Assembly (NCBI GenBank): GCA_002383405.1
Contig: DFYS01000099.1
Location: 20,525-55,543 of the forward strand
Direction of reading: 5' to 3'
From: Moorella sp. UBA4076
Lineage (GTDB): Bacteria; Bacillota; DSM-521; Neomoorellales; Neomoorellaceae
Length of the DNA stretch: 35,019 bases
How positions within the stretch are numbered: position 1 is the stretch's first letter; the number at the start of each line of letters is the position of its first letter. The position numbers and the translations under genes are program-made. The notes beneath the pieces were generated by a model. It was not told the DNA's origin. It made no database searches and worked only from the letters and a program-made list of their open reading frames with translations. This document shows, in pieces, positions 8,450-16,885 of this stretch.

Positions 8450-10207
8450 ATGTCCGTTATTCATCCCTCCCTGGTTTTAATAGCGACCGTTCTGGTTCTC
8501 TATCTCCTGCCGGGACGCCTGTGGCGATGGGGCGTTGTTGGCGGGCCTTTGCTGGCGTTGCTAACTGTAGCCGGCATAAAACCGGGAACGATTCTATCCT
8601 ACAACTTTCTGGGTTATGATTTGCTGGTGCTTAAGGCAGATACCCTGACCCTGGTATTTGCCCTCATATTCAGCATTATGGGCGTGCTGGGCGTCATCTA
8701 TGCTCTGCACGTTAAAAAACGGGGCGAGCACGCCGCGGCGTTACTCTATGTGGCCGGTTCCCTGGGGGTTGTTTTTGCCGGCGACTGGCTCACTCTATTC
8801 TTTTTCTGGGAATTAATGTCGGTGGCATCGGTATTCCTTATCTGGTACCGCGGTAGGCGGGAATCGCTGGCGGCCGGGTTCCGCTATCTGTTAATACACT
8901 TCCTCAGCGGGAATCTGATGCTTTTTGGCACCCTGCTGCTGATCAGCAAGGGGAATCTGGCGATTACTAATTTAACAGCGACAAATGGCATCGCCTTCTG
9001 GCTCATTTTGGGCAGTGTGGCCATTAATGCCGCTATCCCGCCCTTGCATGCCTGGCTGACTGACGCCTACCCGGAAGGGACAGTAAGCGGGAGCGTATTT
9101 TTGAGCGCTTTTACCACCAAAGTGGCTGTCTATGTATTGATCCGGGTTTTTGCTGGTACCGAGCTTCTCCTCTGGGCAGGCGTAATTATGGCCCTCTATG
9201 GCGTGGTCTATGCAGTATTGGAGAATAATATCCGCCGTTTGCTGGCCTACCATATTATCAGCCAGGTCGGTTACATGGTGGCAGCTGTGGGGATGGGAAC
9301 GGATCTGGCTTTAAATGGTGCCACCGCCCACGCTTTCAGCCATATCCTTTACAAATCCCTTTTGTTTATGGGTACAGGGGCGGTTATTTATGCCACTGGC
9401 CGGGAGAAACTGACGGAACTGGGCGGTATTTATAAAGCCATGCCTTTGACGGTTATTCTATATACTGTTGGTGCTTTTTCAATTTCCGGTGTTCCTCTAT
9501 TCAATGGTTTTATCAGCAAATCCATTGTGATCACCGCAGCAGGTGAAAGCGGCTATGGAATTGCCGAACTCCTTTTAACGCTGGCCAGTGTAGGGACTTT
9601 TTTGCATACCGGTTTAAAGCTGCCATATTTCATGTTTTTTGGTGCCGACCGCGGCCTGAAGCCTGTTAAAATACCCCTCAATATGCACCTGGCCATGGCA
9701 GGGGGGGCTTTCCTGTGTATCCTTTTTGGCGTCTTTCCGACCTTGCTTTACAAGATGCTCCCCTATCCAATGAATTACGTGCCGTATACCATGGATCACG
9801 TGATCTCTTCCACCCAGTTACTGCTGGCAACTGCCTTCGGCTTTTTCCTGTTGCTGGCTAAACTGGGTGGCGAACCGACTCTCACTATCGACACTGATTG
9901 GTTTTACAGGAAGCCTGCGGCGGCTGTTTTCCAGCGTCTGGTATATATATTGAAACAGACGAAAGTAAGGCTGGATGCGGGAGGAAATTATCTTTTCCAA
10001 TTCGTGGGCCCGTATTTCACCAACCCCTTCCTGGCCCCCCGGAAACTGTTGCGGGCGATTTACCCGGCCGCGGTAGATGATGAATTTTATGAAGGTGAAG
10101 GTGCGCTTACCTACGACGAAAACCGTTACCGCTTCCCCCTGGGGATAAACCTCCTGGTGGCTGTAATTTTTATCACGTTCGTGGCCACCCTGGCCATTGT
10201 TTTCTAG
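8450..10207 (+). CDS. Third antiporter-like Mrp subunit D with C-terminal extension
   Basis: 585 aa. GDWLTLFFFWE, NAAIPPLHAWLTDAYPE, RRLLAYHIISQVG, HILYKSLLFM, GFISK and DTDWFYR tail. Confidence 0.88.
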   Translation: MSVIHPSLVLIATVLVLYLLPGRLWRWGVVGGPLLALLTVAGIKPGTILSYNFLGYDLLVLKADTLTLVFALIFSIMGVLGVIYALHVKKRGEHAAALLYVAGSLGVVFAGDWLTLFFFWELMSVASVFLIWYRGRRESLAAGFRYLLIHFLSGNLMLFGTLLLISKGNLAITNLTATNGIAFWLILGSVAINAAIPPLHAWLTDAYPEGTVSGSVFLSAFTTKVAVYVLIRVFAGTELLLWAGVIMALYGVVYAVLENNIRRLLAYHIISQVGYMVAAVGMGTDLALNGATAHAFSHILYKSLLFMGTGAVIYATGREKLTELGGIYKAMPLTVILYTVGAFSISGVPLFNGFISKSIVITAAGESGYGIAELLLTLASVGTFLHTGLKLPYFMFFGADRGLKPVKIPLNMHLAMAGGAFLCILFGVFPTLLYKMLPYPMNYVPYTMDHVISSTQLLLATAFGFFLLLAKLGGEPTLTIDTDWFYRKPAAAVFQRLVYILKQTKVRLDAGGNYLFQFVGPYFTNPFLAPRKLLRAIYPAAVDDEFYEGEGALTYDENRYRFPLGINLLVAVIFITFVATLAIVF

Positions 10208-10222
10208 CTGGGAGTTATAATT

Positions 10223-10248
10223 CCGCCCCGGTAGGGCGGTCTTTTTTT
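10223..10248 (+). terminator. Intrinsic terminator of the mrp operon
   Basis: CCGCCC-cggta-GGGCGG stem followed by TCTTTTTTT, 15 nt after the stop. Confidence 0.8.
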
Positions 10249-10298
10249 GGCCACCAATGAAGGAAAGTGTATATCTGCCCTTTGCATCCTTCTGGTGG

Positions 10299-10400
10299 TG
10301 CCCAGCACTCAATTATAGGCGGCTCACTCCTTATGGGGCATGCACTTTTTTGATGGTTTCCATTCTCAAAGCTGCCGTATTGCAGGTTGAGTGCTGGGCA
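10299..10400. repeat. MITE-like 102-bp element with perfect 14-bp terminal inverted repeats
   Basis: TGCCCAGCACTCAA (10299-10312) and TTGAGTGCTGGGCA (10387-10400) are exact reverse complements. A partial second copy starts at 11240. Confidence 0.7.
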
Positions 10401-10464
10401 TGAGCGTCTACTCTACCCAGGCTTTATTATTGCGAAATGCTTATAGCACCGGGGTGGTTGCTGT

Positions 10465-11205
10465 ATGTGGGAGTGGGACGGTCGCGTGCGCTGGCTGGCG
10501 ATAGGGTTGATAGCGGCCCTGCTCTTCGGCCTCGGGCTCCAGTACGGCCGCTGGCAGGAAAGGAAGGCCGCTGATGACCTGCCGCGGGTGGTAACGGGAG
10601 ATGCGGCGTTAACGGCGGCCACCGGGAGCGGGATGCCGGTTGCGGGTACCGGAGCGGTGCCGTTGGATGGAGAAAAGAGTGGCAGCGGGACGGGGGCTTT
10701 TGCCGGCACCCAAACGGCCACCATCCAGGTCCACGTCGCCGGAGCGGTTGCGCGGCCGGGTGTCTATGAACTGCCCGCTGGGGCCAGGGTTAACGAAGCC
10801 GTCAGCCTGGCGGGTTTGCTGCCGGAAGCCGACGCTAATGCCCTGAACCTGGCCGCGCCTTTAAGCGACGGCCAGCAGGTGATCGTCCCCCGCCAGGGCG
10901 AGGCGGTGGCGGCGGGAGGCGGTGGCCTCCCACCCGTTCCCGGGACTACGGGCGGGATTGGCGCCGGCAGTACTGCCGCCGGGACAGCCGCGGCCGGGGC
11001 ACCTGCCGGCGGCAAGGTGAATATCAATACTGCCCCCCTGGCGGAGCTGGATACCCTGCCGGGCATCGGGCCGACCCTGGCGCAGCGCATCATCGATTAC
11101 CGCCAGGAAAAGGGGCCCTTCCGCAGTATTGAAGACCTGCAGAACGTCTCCGGCATCGGCACGAAGAAGTTTGCCGACCTGAAGGACCTGGTGACGGTGT
11201 ATTGA
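10465..11205 (+). CDS. comEA: Competence DNA-binding protein ComEA
   Basis: N-terminal TM anchor, SLBB-like domain (VHVAGAVARPGVYELPAGARV...LNLA..LSDGQQV), Gly/Ala linker, and C-terminal HhH domain (VNINTA...LPGIGP...VSGIG). Confidence 0.93.
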   Translation: MWEWDGRVRWLAIGLIAALLFGLGLQYGRWQERKAADDLPRVVTGDAALTAATGSGMPVAGTGAVPLDGEKSGSGTGAFAGTQTATIQVHVAGAVARPGVYELPAGARVNEAVSLAGLLPEADANALNLAAPLSDGQQVIVPRQGEAVAAGGGGLPPVPGTTGGIGAGSTAAGTAAAGAPAGGKVNINTAPLAELDTLPGIGPTLAQRIIDYRQEKGPFRSIEDLQNVSGIGTKKFADLKDLVTVY

Positions 11206-11207
11206 AT

Positions 11208-11580
11208 AGATGTGAGAAGTGAGAGGTGGGATGTGGGAGGCCCAGCACTCAATCCTGGCTTATTAAAACTGCTGATATAATCCTGAACATGATGGTTTCT
11301 ATCCCAACCCGGCATAGCCTTAAACCAAAATCCTGCCGCGATATTTTCTTCCTGCTCGCATCAAATTATGGCCGTAACAAATTTCGTACACCCGTCCGTG
11401 CCATTAATGCTTGACACGATGGCAGGCGGGGTTTAAACTTGCTTTATCGGAGAAGCACCTCATGGCGGCACGCCGTCACAACGAACGCCGGAAATAGGAG
11501 GTAGCAGGGTTTAATTAGAAACTGGCGTAGCCAGTTTCAACAAGCTTTCCACCTCCCACTGCTCACTTCCCGCATCTCAT
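11208..11580. repeat. Heptamer-bracketed intergenic element, copy A (comEA-uppP)
   Basis: Left array AGATGTG AGAAGTG AGAGGTG GGATGTG GGAGG (11208-11240). Right, complementary array CACCTCC CACTGCT CACTTCC CGCATCT CAT (11550-11580). Perfect 9-bp hairpin GAAACTGGC-gta-GCCAGTTTC (11518-11538). Homologous to 34135-34357. Confidence 0.8.
11411..11439 (+). promoter_or_regulatory. Sigma-A promoter for uppP
   Basis: TTGACA (11411-11416), 17-nt spacer, TAAACT (11434-11439). Confidence 0.65.
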
Positions 11581-11600
11581 TACGGAGGGAAACAGTAGAA

Positions 11601-12386
11601 ATGGATATTCTACAGGCCGTCATCCTGGGTCTGGTCCAGGGCGTGGGTGAGTTTTTGCCCATCTCCAGTTCCGCCCACCTGGTTTTGACACCCTGGCTTT
11701 TCGGCTGGCCCGACCAGGGTCTGTCCTTTGATGTCGCCCTGCACCTGGGCACCCTGGTCGCGGTGGTGGCCTATTTCTGGCGCGATATTATCGAAGTGGT
11801 AATCTGCGGCCTCTTTCAGCCCCGCAGCCTGGACGGCCGCCTCTTCTGGTACCTTGTCGTCGCTTCCATTCCGGGGGCTGTTTTTGGTTATCTCCTGGAA
11901 AACCAGGCGGAAACGGTTTTCCGCTCACCCCTGCTGATAGCTTTAACCCTGACCCTGATGGGTATCGGCCTCTGGCTGGCCGACCGCAAGGGCGGCAAAA
12001 CCCGGGATATAGAGGATATCACTTTGATGGATAGTATTATCGTTGGTATTTCCCAGGCCCTGGCCATTATTCCCGGCGTCTCCCGTTCCGGCATTACCAT
12101 GTCTGCCGGTCTTTTAACCGGCATGAAGCGGGAGACGGCGGCCCGCTTTTCTTTCCTTATGTCAGTGCCCATCATCGCCGGCGCCGCCCTTTTAAAAGTA
12201 CCGGATTTGCAACCGGCTGATTTTAACCTGGCCTTTATTCTGGGGGTGCTGACAGCAGCCGTCGTTGGTTTCCTGGCTATCAGGTTTTTGCTCCAGTACC
12301 TACGCCACGGCAGCTACCTCCTGTTTACCTGGTACCGCATCCTGCTGGCGGCCCTGGTGGTAGCAGTTTTCTTCCTGCGCCGGTAA
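11601..12386 (+). CDS. uppP: Undecaprenyl-diphosphate phosphatase (BacA family)
   Basis: GLVQGVGEFLPISSSAH and QALAIIPGVSRSGIT motifs, AARFSFLMSVP. GGAGG RBS. Confidence 0.97.
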   Translation: MDILQAVILGLVQGVGEFLPISSSAHLVLTPWLFGWPDQGLSFDVALHLGTLVAVVAYFWRDIIEVVICGLFQPRSLDGRLFWYLVVASIPGAVFGYLLENQAETVFRSPLLIALTLTLMGIGLWLADRKGGKTRDIEDITLMDSIIVGISQALAIIPGVSRSGITMSAGLLTGMKRETAARFSFLMSVPIIAGAALLKVPDLQPADFNLAFILGVLTAAVVGFLAIRFLLQYLRHGSYLLFTWYRILLAALVVAVFFLRR

Positions 12387-12507
12387 ATTGGTTATATATC
12401 AACCAGCATAACAACCTGACCGGAGGCAGAAGTGACGGCTGGCGGCGATTCTTTTTATAACAAAAGCGCGATAGAACAAAGACGTTTTAAACGTATGAGG
12501 GCAAGGC

Positions 12508-12550
12508 AGCCCCCGGGTGTAAAAGTTGCATTCGGGGGCTTATGTTTGGT
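12508..12550 (+). terminator. Probable terminator hairpin after uppP
   Basis: 15-bp stem AGCCCCCGGGTGTAA-aag-TTGCATTCGGGGGCT (three G-U pairs on the + strand), followed by U-rich TATGTTTGGT. Confidence 0.55.
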
Positions 12551-12625
12551 TATTAACGGATAGTTTTCCGGTAATCTGGCCATAATAACTGATGCCAGAA
12601 TGATCGGCGTTTAATTTTTGCTGAT

Positions 12626-12653
12626 ACAGGAAATGCGGGGATTCCTGGCGAAT
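12626..12653 (+). promoter_or_regulatory. Putative sigma-H promoter of the sigma-54 activator gene
   Basis: ACAGGAAAT-N12-GGCGAAT matches RNAGGAWWW-N11/12-RNNGAAT, about 45 nt before the start codon. Confidence 0.6.
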
Positions 12654-12699
12654 AATCAAATATATACATCGGATCTCCAAAATGCGGGAGGGAGAGGTC

Positions 12700-14631
12700 A
12701 TGGCGGTCAAAGTGGTGGTAGTCAGCTGGGGTCAATTAACGAACGTGGTCCGGGAGGTGCAGCCCCAGCTTAGTGGGGAAGCTCACATCGAGCTGGTGGA
12801 AGGTTTATTTGACCAGCAGACAACCCTGGAGATGACCCGCCAGATTGAGGCCAGTGAGCAGGTAGATGTCTTTGTCAGCGGTGGTGGTAATGCCTGCATG
12901 CTCAGGGATAATTTGCAGACTCCGGTAGTAGCCATCACCGTCTCCGGTTACGATATGCTGAAAACAATCCTCCAATGCCGCACCGGTAATGAAACAGTGT
13001 ACTTTGTCCATTTTAGTGAAATTATTCATGAGCTCAATGACTTAAAGGCGGTTCTCCCCTTTCCGGTCAATCAAGTCGCCCTGAAGACTACGGCTGAAGG
13101 CGAGGCTCTTTTTAATGAACTCAGCCGTCAGGAACAACCGGTGGTGATTGTGGGCGCCAGCCTGGCCTGTGATTTGGCTCGGCGTCACGGTTTGCAGGCG
13201 GTTTATGTTTATACGCCCAAAGCCGTCCTTGAAGCCCTGGAGCGGGCGGTGGAGCTGGCCAGGGTGCGGCGCCAGGAAATGGAAAAAACCCAGCGCATCC
13301 AGGCTATTCTTGATTTTGCCTGCGACGGGATTATTGCCTGCGACCAGCAGGGGATCATTACCGCCTTCAACCCGGCCGCTGAGATGATCACCGGCATTAG
13401 CTCCCAGGGGGCCACTGGTCGTCCAGTGGATGAGATCGTGCCGGCTTTAAAGCTGGAAACGTTGCTTACTAGTGACCAAGGGCAGTTTAACCAACTGGAA
13501 AAGATCAAAGATAAAGAGGTAATGGTTAATAAAGTGCCGGTAATCGTCCGGGGGGAGCCCCGGGGTGCGGTGGCTACTTTGCATGACATCGTCACCATCC
13601 AGAAAGCCGAGCACCAGATTCGTCTCAAGTCCCGCCGGGAGGGACTTGAAGCCAAGACGACCTTTATGGAGATTGTAGGGGAATCCCAGGCCATGCAGCA
13701 AACAATTACCCAGGCCAGACAATACGCCCGTTCTGAAGCCACGGTCCTTATAATGGGCGAAACCGGCACCGGCAAAGAGCTTTTTGCCCAGGCGATCCAC
13801 AATGCCAGCCAGCGACAGGGCCGGCCCTTTGTGGCCATCAACTGCGCCGCTGTACCGGAGAACCTGCTGGAAAGCGAGCTTTTTGGTTATGAAGAGGGCG
13901 CTTTCACCGGAGCCAGGAAGAGCGGCAAACCGGGACTCTTTGAACTGGCCCACGGGGGGACAATATTCCTGGATGAGATTGGCGACATCTCCCAGGCAAT
14001 TCAGATTAAATTACTACGGGTTCTCCAACAAAGGGAAATTATGAGAGTTGGCGGCCAGCATACCATACCCATTGATGTCCGCGTCATCGCCGCCACCAAC
14101 CGTGATTTACTGGCAGCTGTCCGGGAGGGAACCTTCCGCGCTGATTTGTATTATCGTCTGAACGTTTTACCGTTACATTTGCCGCCTTTAAGGGAACGCA
14201 AAGAAGATATCCCGTTCCTGCTCGGGGACATGCTTTTTAAAGCCAACCGCGCTCTGGCCCGTTATGCTCCGGTAATTGCCCGGAAAATCTTCAACTATTT
14301 ACCTGCCTACTCGTGGCCCGGCAACGTGAGGGAATTACAAAATATCGCGGAAAGAATTATGGCCCTGGCTACGGGTAGTATTAGCGAGAATCAGATTAAA
14401 GAAATTATAGATATAGTTATAAAGCAGGGTTCTTATGAAGAACCTGTCAGGATTAAAACTCGAGATTTAGGTTCCCGGAAGGGCGATCTCAAAAAAGAAA
14501 TTATTGATCTGGAAAAAGAGGTGATCCTGGAGGCTCTCCGGCAGACCCGGGGCAATAAAACCCGCGCGGCACAACTTTTAGGGATCAGTCGTTCTACTCT
14601 GTGGCGAAAAATAAAAGAAGACGTGTCTTAG
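12700..14631 (+). CDS. Sigma-54-dependent transcriptional activator (PrpR-N-like + PAS + AAA+ + Fis-type HTH), likely regulator of the nicotinate cluster
   Basis: N-terminal [11 protein letters not shown]...[13 protein letters not shown] resembles PrpR-N. PAS region [20 protein letters not shown]. Walker [38 protein letters not shown], and C-terminal [21 protein letters not shown]. Start moved to ATG 12700 (GGAGG at 12687-12691). Confidence 0.93.
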   Translation: MAVKVVVVSWGQLTNVVREVQPQLSGEAHIELVEGLFDQQTTLEMTRQIEASEQVDVFVSGGGNACMLRDNLQTPVVAITVSGYDMLKTILQCRTGNETVYFVHFSEIIHELNDLKAVLPFPVNQVALKTTAEGEALFNELSRQEQPVVIVGASLACDLARRHGLQAVYVYTPKAVLEALERAVELARVRRQEMEKTQRIQAILDFACDGIIACDQQGIITAFNPAAEMITGISSQGATGRPVDEIVPALKLETLLTSDQGQFNQLEKIKDKEVMVNKVPVIVRGEPRGAVATLHDIVTIQKAEHQIRLKSRREGLEAKTTFMEIVGESQAMQQTITQARQYARSEATVLIMGETGTGKELFAQAIHNASQRQGRPFVAINCAAVPENLLESELFGYEEGAFTGARKSGKPGLFELAHGGTIFLDEIGDISQAIQIKLLRVLQQREIMRVGGQHTIPIDVRVIAATNRDLLAAVREGTFRADLYYRLNVLPLHLPPLRERKEDIPFLLGDMLFKANRALARYAPVIARKIFNYLPAYSWPGNVRELQNIAERIMALATGSISENQIKEIIDIVIKQGSYEEPVRIKTRDLGSRKGDLKKEIIDLEKEVILEALRQTRGNKTRAAQLLGISRSTLWRKIKEDVS

Positions 14632-14641
14632 CGTAGCTTAT

Positions 14642-14678
14642 TGTATCATTTGCGCAACAGATGTTTTATTACAAGACG
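14642..14678. promoter_or_regulatory. Candidate upstream activator sequence(s) for the sigma-54 activator
   Basis: TGT-N12-ACA at 14642-14659 and a similar TGT-N11-ACG at 14662-14678, about 80-115 nt upstream of the predicted sigma-54 start. This is a typical enhancer position. Confidence 0.4.
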
Positions 14679-14730
14679 GTTATTAAACAATTACAAGTTT
14701 CAAACCTTAATATTTCTATGCTTTGTTTTA

Positions 14731-14746
14731 TGGCATGTCTTTTGCA
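14731..14746 (+). promoter_or_regulatory. Sigma-54 (SigL) -24/-12 promoter
   Basis: TGGCATGTCTTTTGCA fits TGGCACG-N4-TTGCW with exact GG-N10-GC spacing and lies directly downstream of a sigma-54 activator gene. Predicted +1 near 14757. Confidence 0.88.
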
Positions 14747-14981
14747 TGTATTAAAATGTTGAGGAGATAAAACTTAAATTGCAGAGAGAGGGGGATTGCG
14801 GTATTGCCGATACCAGAAACGGCCTGCGCTGAAAAGTCTTTTTAATACCCAGGTTGTTGGCTTGTTGGAATTTATTCCGACGGTGCCAGCTATGTACAAG
14901 TGGGCTCCAGGATTTTTAATCTCTCCGTTATATCTGAGATCCCGATGGAACTTTTTTTAACAGAAGGGAGGAAAAACGTAA

Positions 14982-15221
14982 ATGGAAACCAGTCCGAAGA
15001 CAAACGGACCAGCGCCGGCTCCCAAAGACAACTTGAGTACTGCCAGGCGGAGATGGACCTGGGTATTCGTAGTTCTTGTTTTACTAGCATACGTGGTGCC
15101 GTTCACAGTACTGTCCGGCGTCCATAAGATTTACGGGGCGTTCCTGTTCTGGACCCTGTTTGCCGTTGTGTCCATCGCCTGTATGATTGTGATTACCGGG
15201 AATTGGAGGGATTTAAGTTGA
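14982..15221 (+). CDS. Small two-TM partner protein of the solute:sodium symporter
   Basis: 79 aa, strong GGGAGG RBS, two TM segments (AYVVPFT...YGAFLFW). Its stop overlaps the symporter start, as in small-protein/SSS gene pairs. Confidence 0.8.
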   Translation: METSPKTNGPAPAPKDNLSTARRRWTWVFVVLVLLAYVVPFTVLSGVHKIYGAFLFWTLFAVVSIACMIVITGNWRDLS

Positions 15222-16699
15222 GCGCAACTCTTGTTTATGCCGCCATGTTTATCTATATTATCATTGCTACGGTTTTTGCCTTCATGTCCAAGAGAGGCAT
15301 GGGCAGGGGGATGACCGAATATTTCCTGGGCAACCGGGCCATGGGCGGTTTTGTATCTGCCCTGACCTACAGCGCTACCACCTACAGCGCCTTTATGATG
15401 ATAGGCTTGGCGGGTCTTACTTATACCGGCGGAGTTGGCGCCCTGGGTTATGAGCTACTTTATCTTTGCGGCCTGGTTCTGGCTGTTTATTTTGGTCCCA
15501 GGTTCTGGCTGGCAGGGAAAAAATACGATTATGTAAGTCCGACCGAACTTCTCGGGCACCGTTACGACAGCAAGGGAGTAGCTATATTAACCGCCCTGGC
15601 CTGCTGCATCTTCCTTATTCCATACAGTGCCGTCCAATTGATGGGGATAGGCTATCTGATGGAAGGCCTGTCCGGGGGAACTATTACTTTTATGACGGGA
15701 TTGATTATCGCCGTCCTGGTAGCTGTCTTTTGGGCCTTAATTGCGGGTCTCAGGTCGGTAGCCTGGACTGATGCCCTGCAGGCGTTATTGATGATAGTCG
15801 TTGCCATTGCGGTATTGCTGGTTGTGGTATACAAAGGGCTGGGTGGTTTTGGCGGGCTGTTTGCAGCTTTGGAAGCAGACGCCCCATCTCTGCTGGCGGT
15901 TACCCCTAAAGAAGGATATTTCAAGTTTAGCACCTTCCTGGGATTGAGCCTGCCCTGGTTCTTCTTCTGTATATCTAATCCCCAGGTGAGCCAGCGCCTT
16001 TATACGCCCAGGACCCTCAAAGACATGCGTGTCATGTTAATTGGATTCCTTATTTTCGGCCTGGTTTATACTCTGGTTTCAGTTTTGTGGGGCTTTTCCG
16101 CCAGGATGCTGATCCCGGGCTTATCCAAAGCCGACCTGGCAACCCCGTCCCTGCTGGCCTTACCTATAGTTCCCATGCTGCTAGCCCTGCTTGCCATGGT
16201 GGGTATTACGGCGGCAGCTATTTCTACGATTGACTCCATTTTCTTGACCCTGTCTTCGATGGTAGCGCGGGATATCTATAAAAACCTGGTTCCCAATGCC
16301 TCGGATGACTCTCAGCTGTTAGTTAGCAAGATCTTTATCCCCATCATTGCCATCGCTGCGTTCCTGTTTGCCCGCTTACAGCTGGGGTTGATTGCGGTTC
16401 TGTCGACCGCTGCATCTGCCGGTTTATTGGTGATGGTACCGGCGATCTTCGGCGCTTTCTTCTGGAAGAAGGGAACTTCCGCAGGGGTAATTGCCAGCAC
16501 CCTGATCGCGGGCGGCCTCAGCTTTTACCTGCAGTTCAGCGGTTTGCGTCCGCTGGGTTGGTGGCCCGGTATCTGGGCTATCATTGTCTCGATCATCCTG
16601 TTTGTGGGGGTCAGCCTGGTCACCCAACCGAATACTCAAAGAGCGGAAGAATTTATGGGTTACGTAAATAACAACTTAAAGCTGCATAACGCCATTTAA
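15218..16699 (+). CDS. Sodium:solute symporter (SSS, PanF/PutP-like), candidate nicotinate importer
   Basis: EYFLGNRAMG, ATTYSAF, GLRSVAWTDALQA and AAAISTIDS SSS motifs, with many TM segments. Start moved to TTG 15218 (GGAGG at 15205-15209, TTGA overlap). Substrate is inferred from context only. Confidence 0.88.
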   Translation: MSATLVYAAMFIYIIIATVFAFMSKRGMGRGMTEYFLGNRAMGGFVSALTYSATTYSAFMMIGLAGLTYTGGVGALGYELLYLCGLVLAVYFGPRFWLAGKKYDYVSPTELLGHRYDSKGVAILTALACCIFLIPYSAVQLMGIGYLMEGLSGGTITFMTGLIIAVLVAVFWALIAGLRSVAWTDALQALLMIVVAIAVLLVVVYKGLGGFGGLFAALEADAPSLLAVTPKEGYFKFSTFLGLSLPWFFFCISNPQVSQRLYTPRTLKDMRVMLIGFLIFGLVYTLVSVLWGFSARMLIPGLSKADLATPSLLALPIVPMLLALLAMVGITAAAISTIDSIFLTLSSMVARDIYKNLVPNASDDSQLLVSKIFIPIIAIAAFLFARLQLGLIAVLSTAASAGLLVMVPAIFGAFFWKKGTSAGVIASTLIAGGLSFYLQFSGLRPLGWWPGIWAIIVSIILFVGVSLVTQPNTQRAEEFMGYVNNNLKLHNAI

Positions 16700-16821
16700 A
16701 ATAAAGAGTGAATCATATTGCCTTATAAAAAAGGCGCCTAAAGAGGATAAAAACACTATTATCAAGAGGCACATGACCCAAGGCATGGGGAGATAAGGTC
16801 CTGAAGGAACTGGTTTAAATG

Positions 16822-16858
16822 ATGGGCGCGGGAAGCTCAGGTGGGCGCCCGCGCCTAT
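16822..16858 (+). other. Strong intercistronic hairpin without U-tail before ndhF
   Basis: ATGGGCGCGGG (16822-16832) pairs with CCCGCGCCTAT (16848-16858), with an inner GCTCA/TGGGC stem. Confidence 0.5.
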
Positions 16859-16885
16859 AAAACCTATAAAAAGGACGAGATAAAG

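Noticed and set aside
2694-10207. Membrane-bound hydrogenase (Mbh/Ech) or complex I operon
   Set aside because: No NiFe large or small subunit, NuoH-like or Fe-S subunit is encoded, and the operon ends in a terminator.
11208-11240. Heptamer arrays as CRISPR or contingency repeats
   Set aside because: The units are 7 nt, degenerate and lack spacers. No cas genes are present and the arrays lie outside coding sequence.
12482-12494. Palindrome ACGTTT-T-AAACGT as an operator
   Set aside because: It is short, lies upstream of the probable uppP terminator, and has no second copy near the sigma-54 promoter, so it could be chance.
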